From contig CAVWWD010000005.1 of assembly GCA_963758635.1 (NCBI GenBank), forward strand, positions 512,001-576,000: a stretch of 64,000 bases of DNA, written 5' to 3'. The notes under the pieces were generated by a model that did no database searches, was not told where the DNA came from, and saw only the letters and a program-made list of their open reading frames with translations. Every line of letters begins with the position of its first letter. Position 1 is the first letter of the stretch. This stretch comes from an uncultured Candidatus Rokubacteria bacterium. Its GTDB lineage: Bacteria; Methylomirabilota; Methylomirabilia; Rokubacteriales; CSP1-6. Made by a program: the position numbers and the translations under genes. Below are positions 19,697 to 30,110 of the stretch, one piece after another.

Positions 19697-19790
19697 TCGT
19701 GAAACGAATGACGAGACGGCTCCGCGTGTCTACGCAGAAGCGCGATGTCGACACGCGCGGCGAAGTCGAGATCGGCGTTCTTTCACAACC
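19697..19790 (+). repeat. Repeat family A copy 3
   Basis: CGTGAAACGAATGACG...CGCAGAAGCG...GCGTTCTTTCACAACC then AGGAGG SD. Confidence 0.9.
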
Positions 19791-19805
19791 CCCAGGAGGA
19801 TCTCC

Positions 19806-20336
19806 ATGAGCGAGGACGCGAAGAGCGGCCCGCGCTTCGGCGTGGGCAGCATCGTGCGGCACGTGCAGTTCGGCGTCGGGCGCGTGGTCGCGCTCGAGCC
19901 CACGGAGTACGTGATCGTGTTCCGGGGCGGCGACACGCGCCGCGTCGCCTTCGCCTACGACGGCCTCGAGGCGGAGCAGCGGGCCGGCGACCCGGAGCTG
20001 GACCGGATCCGCCAGGCGGTGAGCGAGGTCCTCGGCGACCACGGCTGGATCGACGTGGACCTCGAGATGGCCCGGCGGTGGACGGGCGGCACGTTGCGCA
20101 TGATCCCGGGCAAGGCCGACACGCAGTCCAAGGACATCCCGATCGAGGTGTTCTTCAAGAAGCTCGTGGCGATCCGGGACCGCCTGCGGGTGCTCGAGCA
20201 GAAGGTCAACAGCCAGCCCGAGCTGCCGAACGAGGCCAAGCTGGAATTGCAGGGCTACATCACGCGCTGCTACGGCAGCCTCACCACGTTCAACGTGCTC
20301 TTCTCCGCCAAGGGAAGCAACTTCGAGGGGCAGTAG
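19806..20336 (+). CDS. Conserved hypothetical protein
   Basis: 176 aa, SD, N-terminal VRHVQFGVGRV Tudor-like segment, RDRLRVLEQK, YITRCYGSLTTFNVLF. Confidence 0.8.
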   Translation: MSEDAKSGPRFGVGSIVRHVQFGVGRVVALEPTEYVIVFRGGDTRRVAFAYDGLEAEQRAGDPELDRIRQAVSEVLGDHGWIDVDLEMARRWTGGTLRMIPGKADTQSKDIPIEVFFKKLVAIRDRLRVLEQKVNSQPELPNEAKLELQGYITRCYGSLTTFNVLFSAKGSNFEGQ

Positions 20337-20392
20337 GCGGGACGGCCCGGGGCCGGTGTGGCACACTGAATGGGTATTCAGGGAGCCACGCC

Positions 20393-21634
20393 GTGCCCGA
20401 TAGATCAGAACTCCTCAACCAGCTCCGGATCGACAGGACGGCCGCGACCGGCCGCCGCCGCTATCGTCGGGCGGCGATCGCCGGCCTCGTGCTGCTCGCC
20501 GCCGTCGCGGGCTCGCTCTGGTTCGCCCGGGCGCAGTCCGACGCCCTCACCGTGCGCACGGCGGTGGCGCGCGGCGCCGCCCAGGCCCCGGGCGCGGCCA
20601 CCGTGCTCGACGCCAGCGGCTACGTCACCGCCCGCCGCCAGGCCACCGTCTCCGCCAAGGTCACGGGCAAGATCGTCGAGGTGCTCCTCGAGGAGGGCAT
20701 GCGGGTCGAGGAGGGCGCCGTGCTCGCCCGTCTCGACGACACCGAGGCGCGCGCCCAGCTCGCCCTCGCCCGCGCCCAGCTCGCCGCGGCCCGCACCGCG
20801 GTCGCGGAGGTGGAGGCGCAGCTCGTCCAGGCCGAGCGCGATTACACCCGCCAGGAGGAGCTGCACCGCCGCGAGCTCGTGAGCGCCCAGTCGATCGACG
20901 CCGCGCGCGCCCAGCGCGACATGCTCCGTGCCCGGCTCGCCATCACCGGCGAGCAGATCAAGGTGGCGCAGGAGTCGGTGGACGTGGCCCAGGTGCAGAT
21001 GGACAACACGGTGATCCGAGCGCCCTTCGCGGGCGTCGTGGTCACCAAGGCCGCGCAGCCCGGCGAGATGATCTCGCCCATCTCCGCGGGCGGGGGCTTC
21101 ACCCGCACCGGCATCGGCACCATCGTGGACATGGACTCGCTCGAGATCCAGGTGGACGTGAACGAGGCCTACATCAACCGCGTCGTCCCCGGCCAGCGCG
21201 TCGAGGCGGTGCTGAACGCGTACCCGGACTGGAAGATCCCGGGCTCGGTGATCGCGACCATCCCCACCGCCGACCGGAACAAGGCCACGGTCAAGGTGCG
21301 GATCGCCATCGCGAAGAAAGACTCGCGCATCTTGCCCGACATGGGCGTGCGTGTGTCGTTCCTCGGGGCCGCGGGCGCGCCGGGCACCCCCGCGGCGGGG
21401 GCGCGGCCGGCGGGCGTGCTCGTGCCCGCCGAGGCCATCCGCACCGAGGGAACGCAGAGCGTCGTCTTCGTGTATGCCGCGGACCGCGTCCAGCGCCGCG
21501 CCGTCACGCTGGGCCCCCTCGTGGGCGGCCAGCGCCAGCTCCTGACCGGCGTCCGCGACGGCGAGCAGGTCGTGCTGTCCCCGCCCGCGTCGCTCAAGGA
21601 CGGCGACACGGTCACGGTCGGCCGCGCCGGCTGA
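20393..21634 (+). CDS. Efflux periplasmic adaptor (MacA-like)
   Basis: TM anchor, [13 protein letters not shown], coiled coil, [16 protein letters not shown]. Confidence 0.92.
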   Translation: MPDRSELLNQLRIDRTAATGRRRYRRAAIAGLVLLAAVAGSLWFARAQSDALTVRTAVARGAAQAPGAATVLDASGYVTARRQATVSAKVTGKIVEVLLEEGMRVEEGAVLARLDDTEARAQLALARAQLAAARTAVAEVEAQLVQAERDYTRQEELHRRELVSAQSIDAARAQRDMLRARLAITGEQIKVAQESVDVAQVQMDNTVIRAPFAGVVVTKAAQPGEMISPISAGGGFTRTGIGTIVDMDSLEIQVDVNEAYINRVVPGQRVEAVLNAYPDWKIPGSVIATIPTADRNKATVKVRIAIAKKDSRILPDMGVRVSFLGAAGAPGTPAAGARPAGVLVPAEAIRTEGTQSVVFVYAADRVQRRAVTLGPLVGGQRQLLTGVRDGEQVVLSPPASLKDGDTVTVGRAG

Positions 21635-21642
21635 GCTCCTCC

Positions 21643-22329
21643 GTGGGAACGCTCGTCGAGATCCGCGGCGTGACGAAGGCGTACCACCGCGGAGGGGAGA
21701 CCATCGAGGTCCTCCACGGCGTCGACATCGACATCCCCGTGGGGGACTTCGTCGCCCTGATGGGCCCCTCCGGCTCCGGCAAGACCACGCTCCTCAACCT
21801 GATCGGCGGCCTCGACCGGCCCAGCGGCGGCAGCATCGTCGTGGACGGCCTGCGCATCGACCAGCTCGGCAGCGGGGAGCTCTCGCGGTGGCGGGCCGCC
21901 AACGTCGGCTTCGTCTTCCAGTCCTACAACCTCCTGCCCGTGCTCTCCGCGCAGAAGAACGTGGAGCTTCCCCTGCTCCTCACCGACCTGTCCGCGGCGG
22001 AGCGCCGGCGCCACGCCGCCATCGCGCTCACCCTGGTCGGCCTCCAGGACCGAGCGCGGCACAAGCCGAAGGAGCTCTCCGGCGGCCAGGAGCAGCGCGT
22101 GGCCATCGCGCGCGCCATCGTGTCCGACCCCACGCTCCTCGTCTGCGACGAGCCGACGGGCGACCTCGACCGCGCCACCGCCGACGAGATCCTGGCCCTC
22201 CTCCGGATGCTGAACGAGGAGCACGGCAAGACCATCGTGATGGTCACCCACGACCCCAAGGCGGCCGAGCACGCGCGCCGCTCACTCCACCTCGACAAGG
22301 GCACGCTGGCCGCCGCAAGCGCCCCGTGA
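21643..22329 (+). CDS. ABC transporter ATP-binding protein (LolD/MacB type)
   Basis: [34 protein letters not shown]. Confidence 0.95.
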   Translation: MGTLVEIRGVTKAYHRGGETIEVLHGVDIDIPVGDFVALMGPSGSGKTTLLNLIGGLDRPSGGSIVVDGLRIDQLGSGELSRWRAANVGFVFQSYNLLPVLSAQKNVELPLLLTDLSAAERRRHAAIALTLVGLQDRARHKPKELSGGQEQRVAIARAIVSDPTLLVCDEPTGDLDRATADEILALLRMLNEEHGKTIVMVTHDPKAAEHARRSLHLDKGTLAAASAP

Positions 22330-23492
22330 AGTACCTGCCGCTCCTCTGGGCCGGGCTCTTCCGCCGGAAGACCCGCACGGTCCTCACCCTGGCGTCGATC
22401 ATCGTGGCGTTCCTGCTGTTCGGCCTGCTCCAGTCGGTGCGCGTCGCCTTCGAGTCCGGCGCGGCGAGCGCCGACGACAAGCGGCTCCTGACCACCGCGC
22501 GCTACTCGATCATCGAGCCCCTGCCCATCGCCTACCTGCGGCGGATCGAGCAGGTCCCGGGCGTGGTCGGGGTCGCCCACGCCGACTGGTTCGGGGCCCG
22601 GTACCAGAACGAGTCGAACGCGTTCCCGGTGTTCGCGGTCGAGCCCCGCCGCTACCTCGCCATGTACCCCGAGTTCAGCATCGACCCCGCGCAGCTCGAG
22701 GCGTTCGCGGCCACGCGGACCGGCGCGGTGGCGGGCAAGCGGCTCGTCGACCGGTTCGGCTGGACGGTGGGCCAAAAGCTCCCGATCGCCTCGGAGATCC
22801 ACGCGCGCGCCGACGGCGACCTCAACTGGGAGTTCGACCTCGTGGGCGTGATCGACGCCGATGACCCCGCGGTGCGCGGCAACACCGACATGGTGCTGAT
22901 CAACGTCGCCTACTTCGACGAGGCGCGCGCGCTCGGCCGCGGCAAGACGGGCTGGTACATCGTCCGCGTCGAGGACTCCTCCCAGGCGCGCGCCGTCTCC
23001 GCGGAGATCGACCGGATCTTCGCCAACTCTCCCGACGAGACCAAGACCCAGCCGGAGAAGGAGTTCGCCGTGGGGTTCGCGCGGCAGATCGGCGACATCG
23101 GGATGCTCGTCACGCGGATCCTCGCCGCCGTCTTCTTCACGATCCTGATCCTGACCGGCAACACCATGGCGCAGTCGCTGCGCGAGCGCATCCCCGAGCT
23201 GGCGATCCTCAAGACGCTGGGCTTCTCGGACGCCCGGGTCACCCTGCTCGTGCTCGCGGAGGCCGGGCTGCTGCTCCTGATCGGCGGCGGCATCGGGATG
23301 GGCGGCGCCGTCGCCGTCATGCCCGTCCTGAACGGCGCGACGGGCGGGCGCTTTCCCCCGCTCTTCGTGACCGGCACGACCTGGGCGGTCGCCGCGGCCC
23401 TCGTCGTCGGCCTCGCCTTCGCGGTGGGGCTGCCGCCCGCGTACCGGGCGCGGCGCCTGCGCATCGTCGAGGCGCTGGCGGGCCGGCGGTAA
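22326..23492 (+). CDS. ABC permease, FtsX/MacB-like
   Basis: One TM, periplasmic domain, [14 protein letters not shown], three TMs. Confidence 0.9.
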   Translation: MKYLPLLWAGLFRRKTRTVLTLASIIVAFLLFGLLQSVRVAFESGAASADDKRLLTTARYSIIEPLPIAYLRRIEQVPGVVGVAHADWFGARYQNESNAFPVFAVEPRRYLAMYPEFSIDPAQLEAFAATRTGAVAGKRLVDRFGWTVGQKLPIASEIHARADGDLNWEFDLVGVIDADDPAVRGNTDMVLINVAYFDEARALGRGKTGWYIVRVEDSSQARAVSAEIDRIFANSPDETKTQPEKEFAVGFARQIGDIGMLVTRILAAVFFTILILTGNTMAQSLRERIPELAILKTLGFSDARVTLLVLAEAGLLLLIGGGIGMGGAVAVMPVLNGATGGRFPPLFVTGTTWAVAAALVVGLAFAVGLPPAYRARRLRIVEALAGRR

Positions 23493-23569
23493 TGACCCTC
23501 GCAGCATGCGGTAACCGCCACGGGCCTCTACAGTCCCACCGCTCGGCGTCAGTCTGATGCGCGGGGCTA
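23492..23569 (+). repeat. Repeat family B copy between the two permeases
   Basis: ATGACCCTCGCAGCATGCGGTAACCGCCACGGGCCTCTACAGTCCCACCGCTCGGCGTCAGTCTGATGCGCGGGGCT. Confidence 0.9.
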
Positions 23570-23574
23570 GACCG

Positions 23575-24759
23575 ATGCGCCAGGTCGTCCGGATCACGAT
23601 GATCAACCTGCTCACGGTGCCGCGCCGCGCCGGCACCTCGCTGGTGGTCGTCGTCGGCATCGCGGGGGTCGTGGGCGTCCTCGTCTCCGTGCTCGCCATG
23701 TCCGAGGGCTTCCGCCACACGCTGGCGAGCACCGGGCGCCCCGAGCGGGTGATCATGCTGCGCGCGGGCTCGGACGCGGAGCTGTCGAGCGGCGTGGCCC
23801 GCGACCAGGCCACGCTGCTCGCCGCGCTGCCGCCCGTCGGCCGCGACGCCCGCGGCCGGCCGCTGGCCTCCGCCGAGCTCGTGGTGATGGTCGACCTGCC
23901 GCGCAAGGGCGAGAGCCATCCCAACAACGTGCCGTTCCGGGGGGTCCAGCCCGCGGCGTTCGACATCCGCGACGAGGTGCGCGTCGTCGAGGGCCGGCGA
24001 TTCTCCGGCGGCCTGCGCGAGGTGATCGTCGGCAGGAAGGCGGCGGCGCAGTTCGAGGGCCTCGTCGTGGGCTCCCGCATCGCGTTCCGCGACAGCGACT
24101 GGACGGTGGTGGGAACGTTCGAGAGCGCGGGCGACGTCCACGAGTCGGAGATCTGGGCCGACGCCGAGGTGGCGATGTCCGCGTTCCGGCGGACGGGGTT
24201 CCAGTCCGTCACCGCGACCCTCGCCGACCCGTCGCCGGCCGGCCTCGCCGAGCTCGCCGAGGCGATCCGCCGCGACCGGCGCCTGTCCATCACCCCCGTG
24301 CGCGAGCCCGAGTACTACGCGAGGCAGGCGAAGGTCCTGTCCACGCTGATCAACGTCCTGGGCTACACGGTGGCCGCGTTCATGGCGGTGGGCGCCACGT
24401 TCGGGGCGCTCAACTGCATGTACTCGGCGGTGGCCAGCCGCCAGGTCGAGATCGCCACGCTGCGCGCCATCGGGTTCGGGGGCGTGTCGGTCGTGGTCTC
24501 GGTGATGGTGGAAGCCATGGTCCTCGCCACGGTGGGGGGCGCGGTGGGCGGCGCCCTCGCCTGGGTCTACTGCGACGGCGCGTCGGTCTCGACGCTGAAC
24601 TTCAACACCTTCTCCCAGGTGGCGTTCGACTTCCGCGTCACCCCCGGCCTCCTCGCCCGTGGGCTCGGGTGGGCGCTCCTCATCGGCGCCGCGGGCGGGC
24701 TCCTGCCCGCCATCCGCGCCGCCCGCGCCCCGGTGACGGTGGCCCTCCGCGCGCTCTAA
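23575..24759 (+). CDS. ABC permease, FtsX/MacB-like
   Basis: EIATLRAIGF motif and TM pattern; alternative start 23557 lies inside the repeat. Confidence 0.9.
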   Translation: MRQVVRITMINLLTVPRRAGTSLVVVVGIAGVVGVLVSVLAMSEGFRHTLASTGRPERVIMLRAGSDAELSSGVARDQATLLAALPPVGRDARGRPLASAELVVMVDLPRKGESHPNNVPFRGVQPAAFDIRDEVRVVEGRRFSGGLREVIVGRKAAAQFEGLVVGSRIAFRDSDWTVVGTFESAGDVHESEIWADAEVAMSAFRRTGFQSVTATLADPSPAGLAELAEAIRRDRRLSITPVREPEYYARQAKVLSTLINVLGYTVAAFMAVGATFGALNCMYSAVASRQVEIATLRAIGFGGVSVVVSVMVEAMVLATVGGAVGGALAWVYCDGASVSTLNFNTFSQVAFDFRVTPGLLARGLGWALLIGAAGGLLPAIRAARAPVTVALRAL

Positions 24760-24760
24760 A

Positions 24761-24799
24761 TCACCAGGTGCGGGCGCCCGGGCTTCGCCCGCCCGCACC
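24761..24799. repeat. REP-like repeat family C copy
   Basis: TCACCAGGTGCGGGCGCCCGGGCTTCGCCCGCCCGCACC directly after permease stop. Confidence 0.8.
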
Positions 24800-24840
24800 G
24801 TGCGCCTCGTCGCCCCGGCCGCCGCGCCTCCGGGCGAGAA

Positions 24841-25090
24841 TCAGCGGATCACCAGGGGCACGAAGACGGCCTCGCGGCCGGTGATCGCGGCGCCGGCCCG
24901 CGTGTAGACGCCCGGGACCTCCGCGCCAGCCAGGAACACGCCGAAGACGAGCACGCGCTCCTCGGTCCGCCAGCCGCGGGCGGTGGCGACGGGCACGCGC
25001 GCCCGCGCGAGGTCCACGCGCTCCTGGTAGACGACGTCCGCGCGCCGCGCCCGCCGTCGCTCGGCCGGCGAGAACCCCAGAAGTACGCTC
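24841..25090 (-). pseudogene. C-terminal fragment resembling glutathionylspermidine synthase-like ATP-grasp proteins
   Basis: VVYQERVDL...VFGVFLAG..PGVYTRAGAAITGREAVFVP; frame closed upstream at 25114-25116. Confidence 0.45.
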
Positions 25091-25500
25091 GTCCGAGCGT
25101 CACCGTGCCGCGATCAGGTCGTGGCGGCGGGACGGCGGGCCCGGCGCGCGGCGGGCCGAGACGGTCCGCGCGCGGCAGCGCGACCATCGGCCTCCGCGAC
25201 GGGACGCAGCACGGGCGGCAGCTCGAAGACGAGGGCGACCCGGATCTGCTCCGCGCCGCGAGCCGCGGATCGACGGTCGAGCGGCACGGGCGTCCCGACC
25301 TCGTCCTCGCCCGGTCCGCTCTGGAGGCACTAGCGGAGCAGCAGGCGAGCGGTGAAGCCTCGCGGGCCCGGGGTCGGCGTCGCTCCCTACCCGCCGGAGC
25401 TCCCCGAGCTCCGAAAGCTCGATCCCGTACGACGAGGAGCCCGAGGCAGCGACCAGAAGCTCCACCGCGACCTGGGGCGCTCGCTAGCGCGCATTATATG

Positions 25501-26764
25501 TCAGCCTCGCGACGGGGCCGTCCCTTCCGGCATCCCCGCGACGACGTGGGTGGGCCCGCCGGCGCGGACCCGCGACAGGAGCACGAGGCCGACGACGAAG
25601 AAGGCGCCGATGGCGAGGATGCCCGCCCGCTGGTTGCCGCCGGCGGCGTGGGAGATGCCGCCGAACACGAGCGGCCCCATCACCGCCGCCGTCTTGCCGC
25701 ACAGCGTGTAGAACCCGAAGATCGCGGCCTCCTTCCCCTTCGGGATGAGCGACGTGAGGAACGTGCGGTTGGCGGCCTGCACGGCGCCGAGACCTGTCCC
25801 GGCGAAGACGGCGAGGACGAAGAACTGCCCCTGCGTCTGGACGAACCACGCGGCGATCACCACCAGGCTCCACTGGCAGAGCGTGATCATGACCACGCGC
25901 TTGGGGCCGAGCCGGTCCGTGGGCCACGACCAGGCGAGCGCCCCCACCAGCGCCGAGACCTGGACCACGATGTACAGGACGATGAGCCGGTCCATCGGGA
26001 AGCCGAGCGTCTGCGCGGCGAAGATGGCCGAGAACGCGATGACGGTGTTCACCCCGTCCTCGTAGATGAAGAACGCGCCGAGGAAGCGGCGCAGCTCCCG
26101 GTGGCCGAGGATGACGGCGCGCCGTCGCGACCACCTCCGCCGCGCCCTCGCGCGCCGCGCGGAGCACGGACACCGTGCCCCGCGGGGCGCGGCCGGCAGC
26201 AGGAAGAACGCGGGGAGCGCGAAGACACCGTAGAGGACGGCCGTCGACAGGAAGGCCGCATCGAACGCCTCGGCCCGCACGAACGGCAAGCGCGACGAGC
26301 AGCGCCACGATCGAGCCCGCGTACCCGACGGCGAACCCCCAGCCGGAGACGCGGCCCTGGTAGGCGGGCGGGGCGAGCTGCGGCAGGTAGGCGTTGTAGT
26401 AGACCAGGGCGCCCTCGAAGCCGACATTGCCGAGCACGGCGAGCACGAAGCCCCACGCCACCATGCCGGGCTCGACCGTCGACAGGAGGGCGGTCGCGCC
26501 CACGGCCAGCGCGGTGAAGCCGATGAACAGCGGGCGCCGCACCCCGGCACGATCCGCGACGCCGCCGAGGAACGGAGAGGTCAGGGCCACGATGGCCATC
26601 GAGGCGGAGATGACGCGGCCCCACCAGAGGTCGCCGGCGCCGGCGTCGTTGCCCACGACCTCGATGGCGTAATAGGCCGCGTAGATGGTGCCGAGGACGA
26701 CGGCGGCGAACGAGGAGTTCGCGAAGTCGTAGAGGGCCCACGCCACGATCGCGCGGACGTTCAC
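25501..26764 (-). CDS. MFS transporter, UMF1/Atg22-like (two apparent frameshifts ~26290, ~26120)
   Basis: AWALYDFANSSF, YYNAYLP, GRVSGWGFAVGY, YEDGVNTV, FGFY..GK split over two frames. Confidence 0.85.
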
Positions 26765-28179
26765 GGGTTCCTCGCCCCCCGCGACCGCTCTGGCCGTCGG
26801 CGAGCACGGGCTCGGGCACCAGCGCGAAGAGCGCGGTCAGCTCGTCCATGATCGCCCGGCGTCGCTCGGCCATGACGCCCCGGAGGTCGCGGCCGGTCAC
26901 GAGCCGCGCGACCCGGCGCGTCTCGCGCGCCATCCGTCCCACCCGGTCGGTCCAGCCGAGCGCGAAGAACCCGCTGGGGCCCAGCAAGGCGACGAAGAGG
27001 CCCACCGCCCACGCGCCGGCGAGGCGGCCCAGGATCCAGCCCTCCGACGACCCAGCACACGAGATAGACGACGAGGCCGCCCGCGATCTTGTACGTGGCC
27101 TCCACGTCGGGCTCGGGCCGCACGAGGCGGATGGCCCACCGGACGATGGTGTAGGGCGCCGCGTGGACGACGAGCCCCCACGCGGCCAGGGGCAGGCCCA
27201 GCACGATGGCCAGGCTCTCGCGCAGGACGTAGCGCGTGGCGGCGCCCACGCGCACGGGGTGGGTCGCGGACCGCCCTCGGCCCAGCCCGGCCAGCTCGAG
27301 CGCCTTGGCGTAGCGCTCGACCTCGCCGCGCAGGCGCGCGATGCGATCGGGCTCGCGCTCGGCGAGGTACCGGTGCGCGCGGGCGACGCGCCGGCGCCAC
27401 GCCGCGATGTCCGCCGGCCGGTCCACCCCGCCTGCCTCGGCGCGCCACACCGACTCCACCACCTGGACCAGGCGAAGCGTCTCGCGGTCGCCGGCCTCCA
27501 CGATGAGGCGCGCGAGCGCGTCGCTCAGGCGGTCGGTGAGGCGGCGGACCGCCTCGACGGGCTCCTGCCGGAACAGGGCGACGCAGTCGGCGGTCACGAC
27601 GGGAGCGCCGACCGTCACCACCGCCCAGCCGGTTCGGAACGTGCCCGGCTCGTCGAAGACCAGCCCCACCGGCACCACGGTCACGCCGAGCGCCTCGGGG
27701 CCGGCGCTCTCCGCGGCGAGGACGATGCGGGCCGCCCCCGTCTTGAGCGGCATCAGGGCAGGCTCGGGCTGGCTGACCCCCTCCGGGAAGATGAGGATGG
27801 CGCCGCCGGCGGAGAGCGTCGCGGTGGCGGCGTCGAACATCCGCGCGTTCGCGTCCGGGTCGAACCGCTCCGTGGTGTCCTGGCGCCGGTGCACGGGAAT
27901 CGCGCCGAGCGCCTTGAGGAAGGGGCCGATCAGCGGGTTCCGGAAGAGCGGCGCCTTGGCGAGGGACACGAGGGGCCGCGGGATCGTGGCGAGGAGCAGC
28001 ATGCCGTCCACGAGCGCGTTCTGGTGGTTGGCCACCACGATGAGGGGTCCCGTGCGGGGCAGGCGCCGGAGCCCGGTGACCTCGACCCGGTGGTAGAAGA
28101 GCGCGACGAGGGTCCGTGAGATCCAGCGGACGGCGCGGTACGCGACCGAGCCCGTCACGCCGTCACGCTGACCGTTCAC
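26761..28179 (-). CDS. Phospholipid/glycerol acyltransferase (frameshift ~27045)
   Basis: VANHQNALVD (HX4D), LAKAPLF, IFPEGVS, LKTGAAR. Confidence 0.85.
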   Translation of the reverse strand: MNGQRDGVTGSVAYRAVRWISRTLVALFYHRVEVTGLRRLPRTGPLIVVANHQNALVDGMLLLATIPRPLVSLAKAPLFRNPLIGPFLKALGAIPVHRRQDTTERFDPDANARMFDAATATLSAGGAILIFPEGVSQPEPALMPLKTGAARIVLAAESAGPEALGVTVVPVGLVFDEPGTFRTGWAVVTVGAPVVTADCVALFRQEPVEAVRRLTDRLSDALARLIVEAGDRETLRLVQVVESVWRAEAGGVDRPADIAAWRRRVARAHRYLAEREPDRIARLRGEVERYAKALELAGLGRGRSATHPVRVGAATRYVLRESLAIVLGLPLAAWGLVVHAAPYTIVRWAIRLVRPEPDVEATYKIAGGLVVYLVCWVVGGLDPGPPRRRVGGGPLRRLAGPQRVLRARLDRPGGTDGARDAPGRAARDRPRPPGRHGRATPGDHGRADRALRAGARARARRRPERSRGARNP

Positions 28180-28243
28180 GCGCGACGAGTCCGTGGCCTG
28201 GCTGCTTCGCCTGCCCCGACTCGCACGGCGCGGCGGGCGAGGA

Positions 28244-29509
28244 TCACGGCGCCCCGGCGCCGGGAGCGTGGCCGCCCGTCACGACCGCCGGCGCGGCGGG
28301 CTGGGTCCGCCGCGGGTACGCGCCGTGCCCGCGCGGGAAGTCGAACGTCTCCTCGCGGGCCGCCTGGACGCCCGCGGCCACGAGCGCGGCCACGTCGAGG
28401 CGGGCCTCCATGGCGAGGGCCTCGTCCCGACCCACCCGCGTGCCGGGATGCTTCGGCACGAACAGCGAGCAGCAGTCGGCGTCCGGCTCGTTGGAGATCT
28501 CGAGCGTGCCGATGGCGCGCGCCTCGGCGGTGATCTCGAGCTTGTCCATGCCGATGAGCGGCCGGAGGATCGGCAGCCCCGCCGCCGCGTCGATACACGC
28601 GACGTTTTCGAGCGTCTGCGACGCGACCTGGCCCAGGCTCTCCCCGGTGACGAGGGCCGCCCCGCCCACGCGCGCGGCGATCGCCTCGGCGATGCGCACC
28701 ATGAGGCGGCGGTAGACGACCACGCGCGCGGGCGCGGGCACCGAGAGCACCACCTCGCGCTGGATCTCGCCGAACGGCACCAGGAAGAGACGCGAGGCGT
28801 ACTGCCACCCGGTGAGCCGCTCGGCGAGGTCCCGGGCCTTGCCGATGGACAGGTCGGGCAGGTACGGCACGCTGTGGAAGTGGACGAAGACGACGCGGCA
28901 GCCGCGCTTCATCATGCGCCAGGCCGCCACCGGCGAGTCGATGCCGCCGGACAGCAGCGCGACCACCGTGCCGCTCGCGCCGACGGGGAGCCCGCCCGGC
29001 CCGGGGCGCCGGTCGGCGTACACGAAGGCCTGGTCGGGCAGCACCTCGACGCGGACGTTGAGGTCCGGCTTCTCCAGATCGACGCGCACGCCGGTCTTGC
29101 CCTGCACGTGGGCGCCGAGCTGTCGGTTCAGCTCGATCGACGACAGCGGCAACGTCTTGAACTGCCGGCGCGCGGTGATCCGGAACGACGCGAACGAGCG
29201 CCCCTCGATCGCCTCGTCCATCGCGCGCCGGAGCGCGTCGAGCGTGGGCGCGGTGCGCCGGGCGAGCGCGAGGTTGGCCACGCCGAAGACGCGGTCGACG
29301 CGGTCCCGCACCGCCTCGGGCGCGGGATGCCCCTCGAGGTCCAGCACGATGCGCCCGGGGAGCTGGATCACGGGCGCGGGACCGAGGTCGGCGATGGCCC
29401 GGGCGAGGTTCTCCTGCAGCCGACGCAGGAACAGGGGGCGGTTGCCGCGCTTGAGGCTGATCTCGTGGTAGTGGACGATCAGCACGCGGCCGCGGTTCGA
29501 CACCGTCAC
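28244..29509 (-). CDS. thiI: tRNA 4-thiouridine synthase ThiI, no rhodanese domain
   Basis: HYHEISLKRGNR, THUMP, GGLPVG, LLSGGIDSPVA, GESLGQVASQT. Confidence 0.95.
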   Translation of the reverse strand: MTVSNRGRVLIVHYHEISLKRGNRPLFLRRLQENLARAIADLGPAPVIQLPGRIVLDLEGHPAPEAVRDRVDRVFGVANLALARRTAPTLDALRRAMDEAIEGRSFASFRITARRQFKTLPLSSIELNRQLGAHVQGKTGVRVDLEKPDLNVRVEVLPDQAFVYADRRPGPGGLPVGASGTVVALLSGGIDSPVAAWRMMKRGCRVVFVHFHSVPYLPDLSIGKARDLAERLTGWQYASRLFLVPFGEIQREVVLSVPAPARVVVYRRLMVRIAEAIAARVGGAALVTGESLGQVASQTLENVACIDAAAGLPILRPLIGMDKLEITAEARAIGTLEISNEPDADCCSLFVPKHPGTRVGRDEALAMEARLDVAALVAAGVQAAREETFDFPRGHGAYPRRTQPAAPAVVTGGHAPGAGAP

Positions 29510-29643
29510 GGCTCGCGTCCGGGCGGCCGGGGATGCTTGGGCCGGCGGCGGTACACCGTCTGCGGCACCTCGACCTTGGGGGGCTTGCCCGGCATGGGCT
29601 TGCGCACGCGCGCGTGCGCCGGCTTCCTCGAGGGCTTCGGCAC
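29506..29643 (-). CDS. 45-aa basic Pro-rich protein with YxRxxKH motif
   Basis: MPKPSRKPAHARVRKPMPGKPPKVEVPQTVYRRRPKHPRPPGREP; GTG 6 nt after TATACT; GTGA overlap with thiI. Confidence 0.65.
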   Translation of the reverse strand: MPKPSRKPAHARVRKPMPGKPPKVEVPQTVYRRRPKHPRPPGREP

Positions 29644-29692
29644 GCGCGTAGTATACCGTCCGGCCGCGGCGGCGCGGGGGCGGCCGTCCCGG

Positions 29693-30085
29693 TCAGTGGG
29701 TCGCGTTCGGATCCGGCGCGCGGCGGTGGGCGTCCACGATCTGCATGCGCCATCCGTCGGGGTCGCGGAAGTTCAGGTTGGTCCGGCCGGTCGACGGCAC
29801 CAGGTGCGGGCCGCTCGGGATCGACACGCCCCGGGCGGCCAGGTCGCGATGCGCGGCGGCCACGTCGGGCACCTGGAACGCGATGTGGTTGACCCCGATG
29901 TTCTCCTCCCCGCTCACGCGGTGGAGCTCGAAGATCGGCTGGTTGTCGCCGGGGAGCTGGAACTCGACGGAATCGCCGTGGTGCTTGGTGCGGGTGAGCT
30001 CGCGGAAGCCGAGGGCCCGGAACAGCGCCACGTACTCGTCGAAGTGCTGCACCACGATCTCGATGTGATCGATCCTGGTCACCAC
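29693..30085 (-). CDS. VOC/glyoxalase family protein
   Basis: RIDHIEIVV, GVNHIAFQV, FRDPDGWRMQI. Confidence 0.9.
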   Translation of the reverse strand: MVTRIDHIEIVVQHFDEYVALFRALGFRELTRTKHHGDSVEFQLPGDNQPIFELHRVSGEENIGVNHIAFQVPDVAAAHRDLAARGVSIPSGPHLVPSTGRTNLNFRDPDGWRMQIVDAHRRAPDPNATH

Positions 30086-30110
30086 GGATGGGCTCCTCTC
30101 GAGGGCACCA

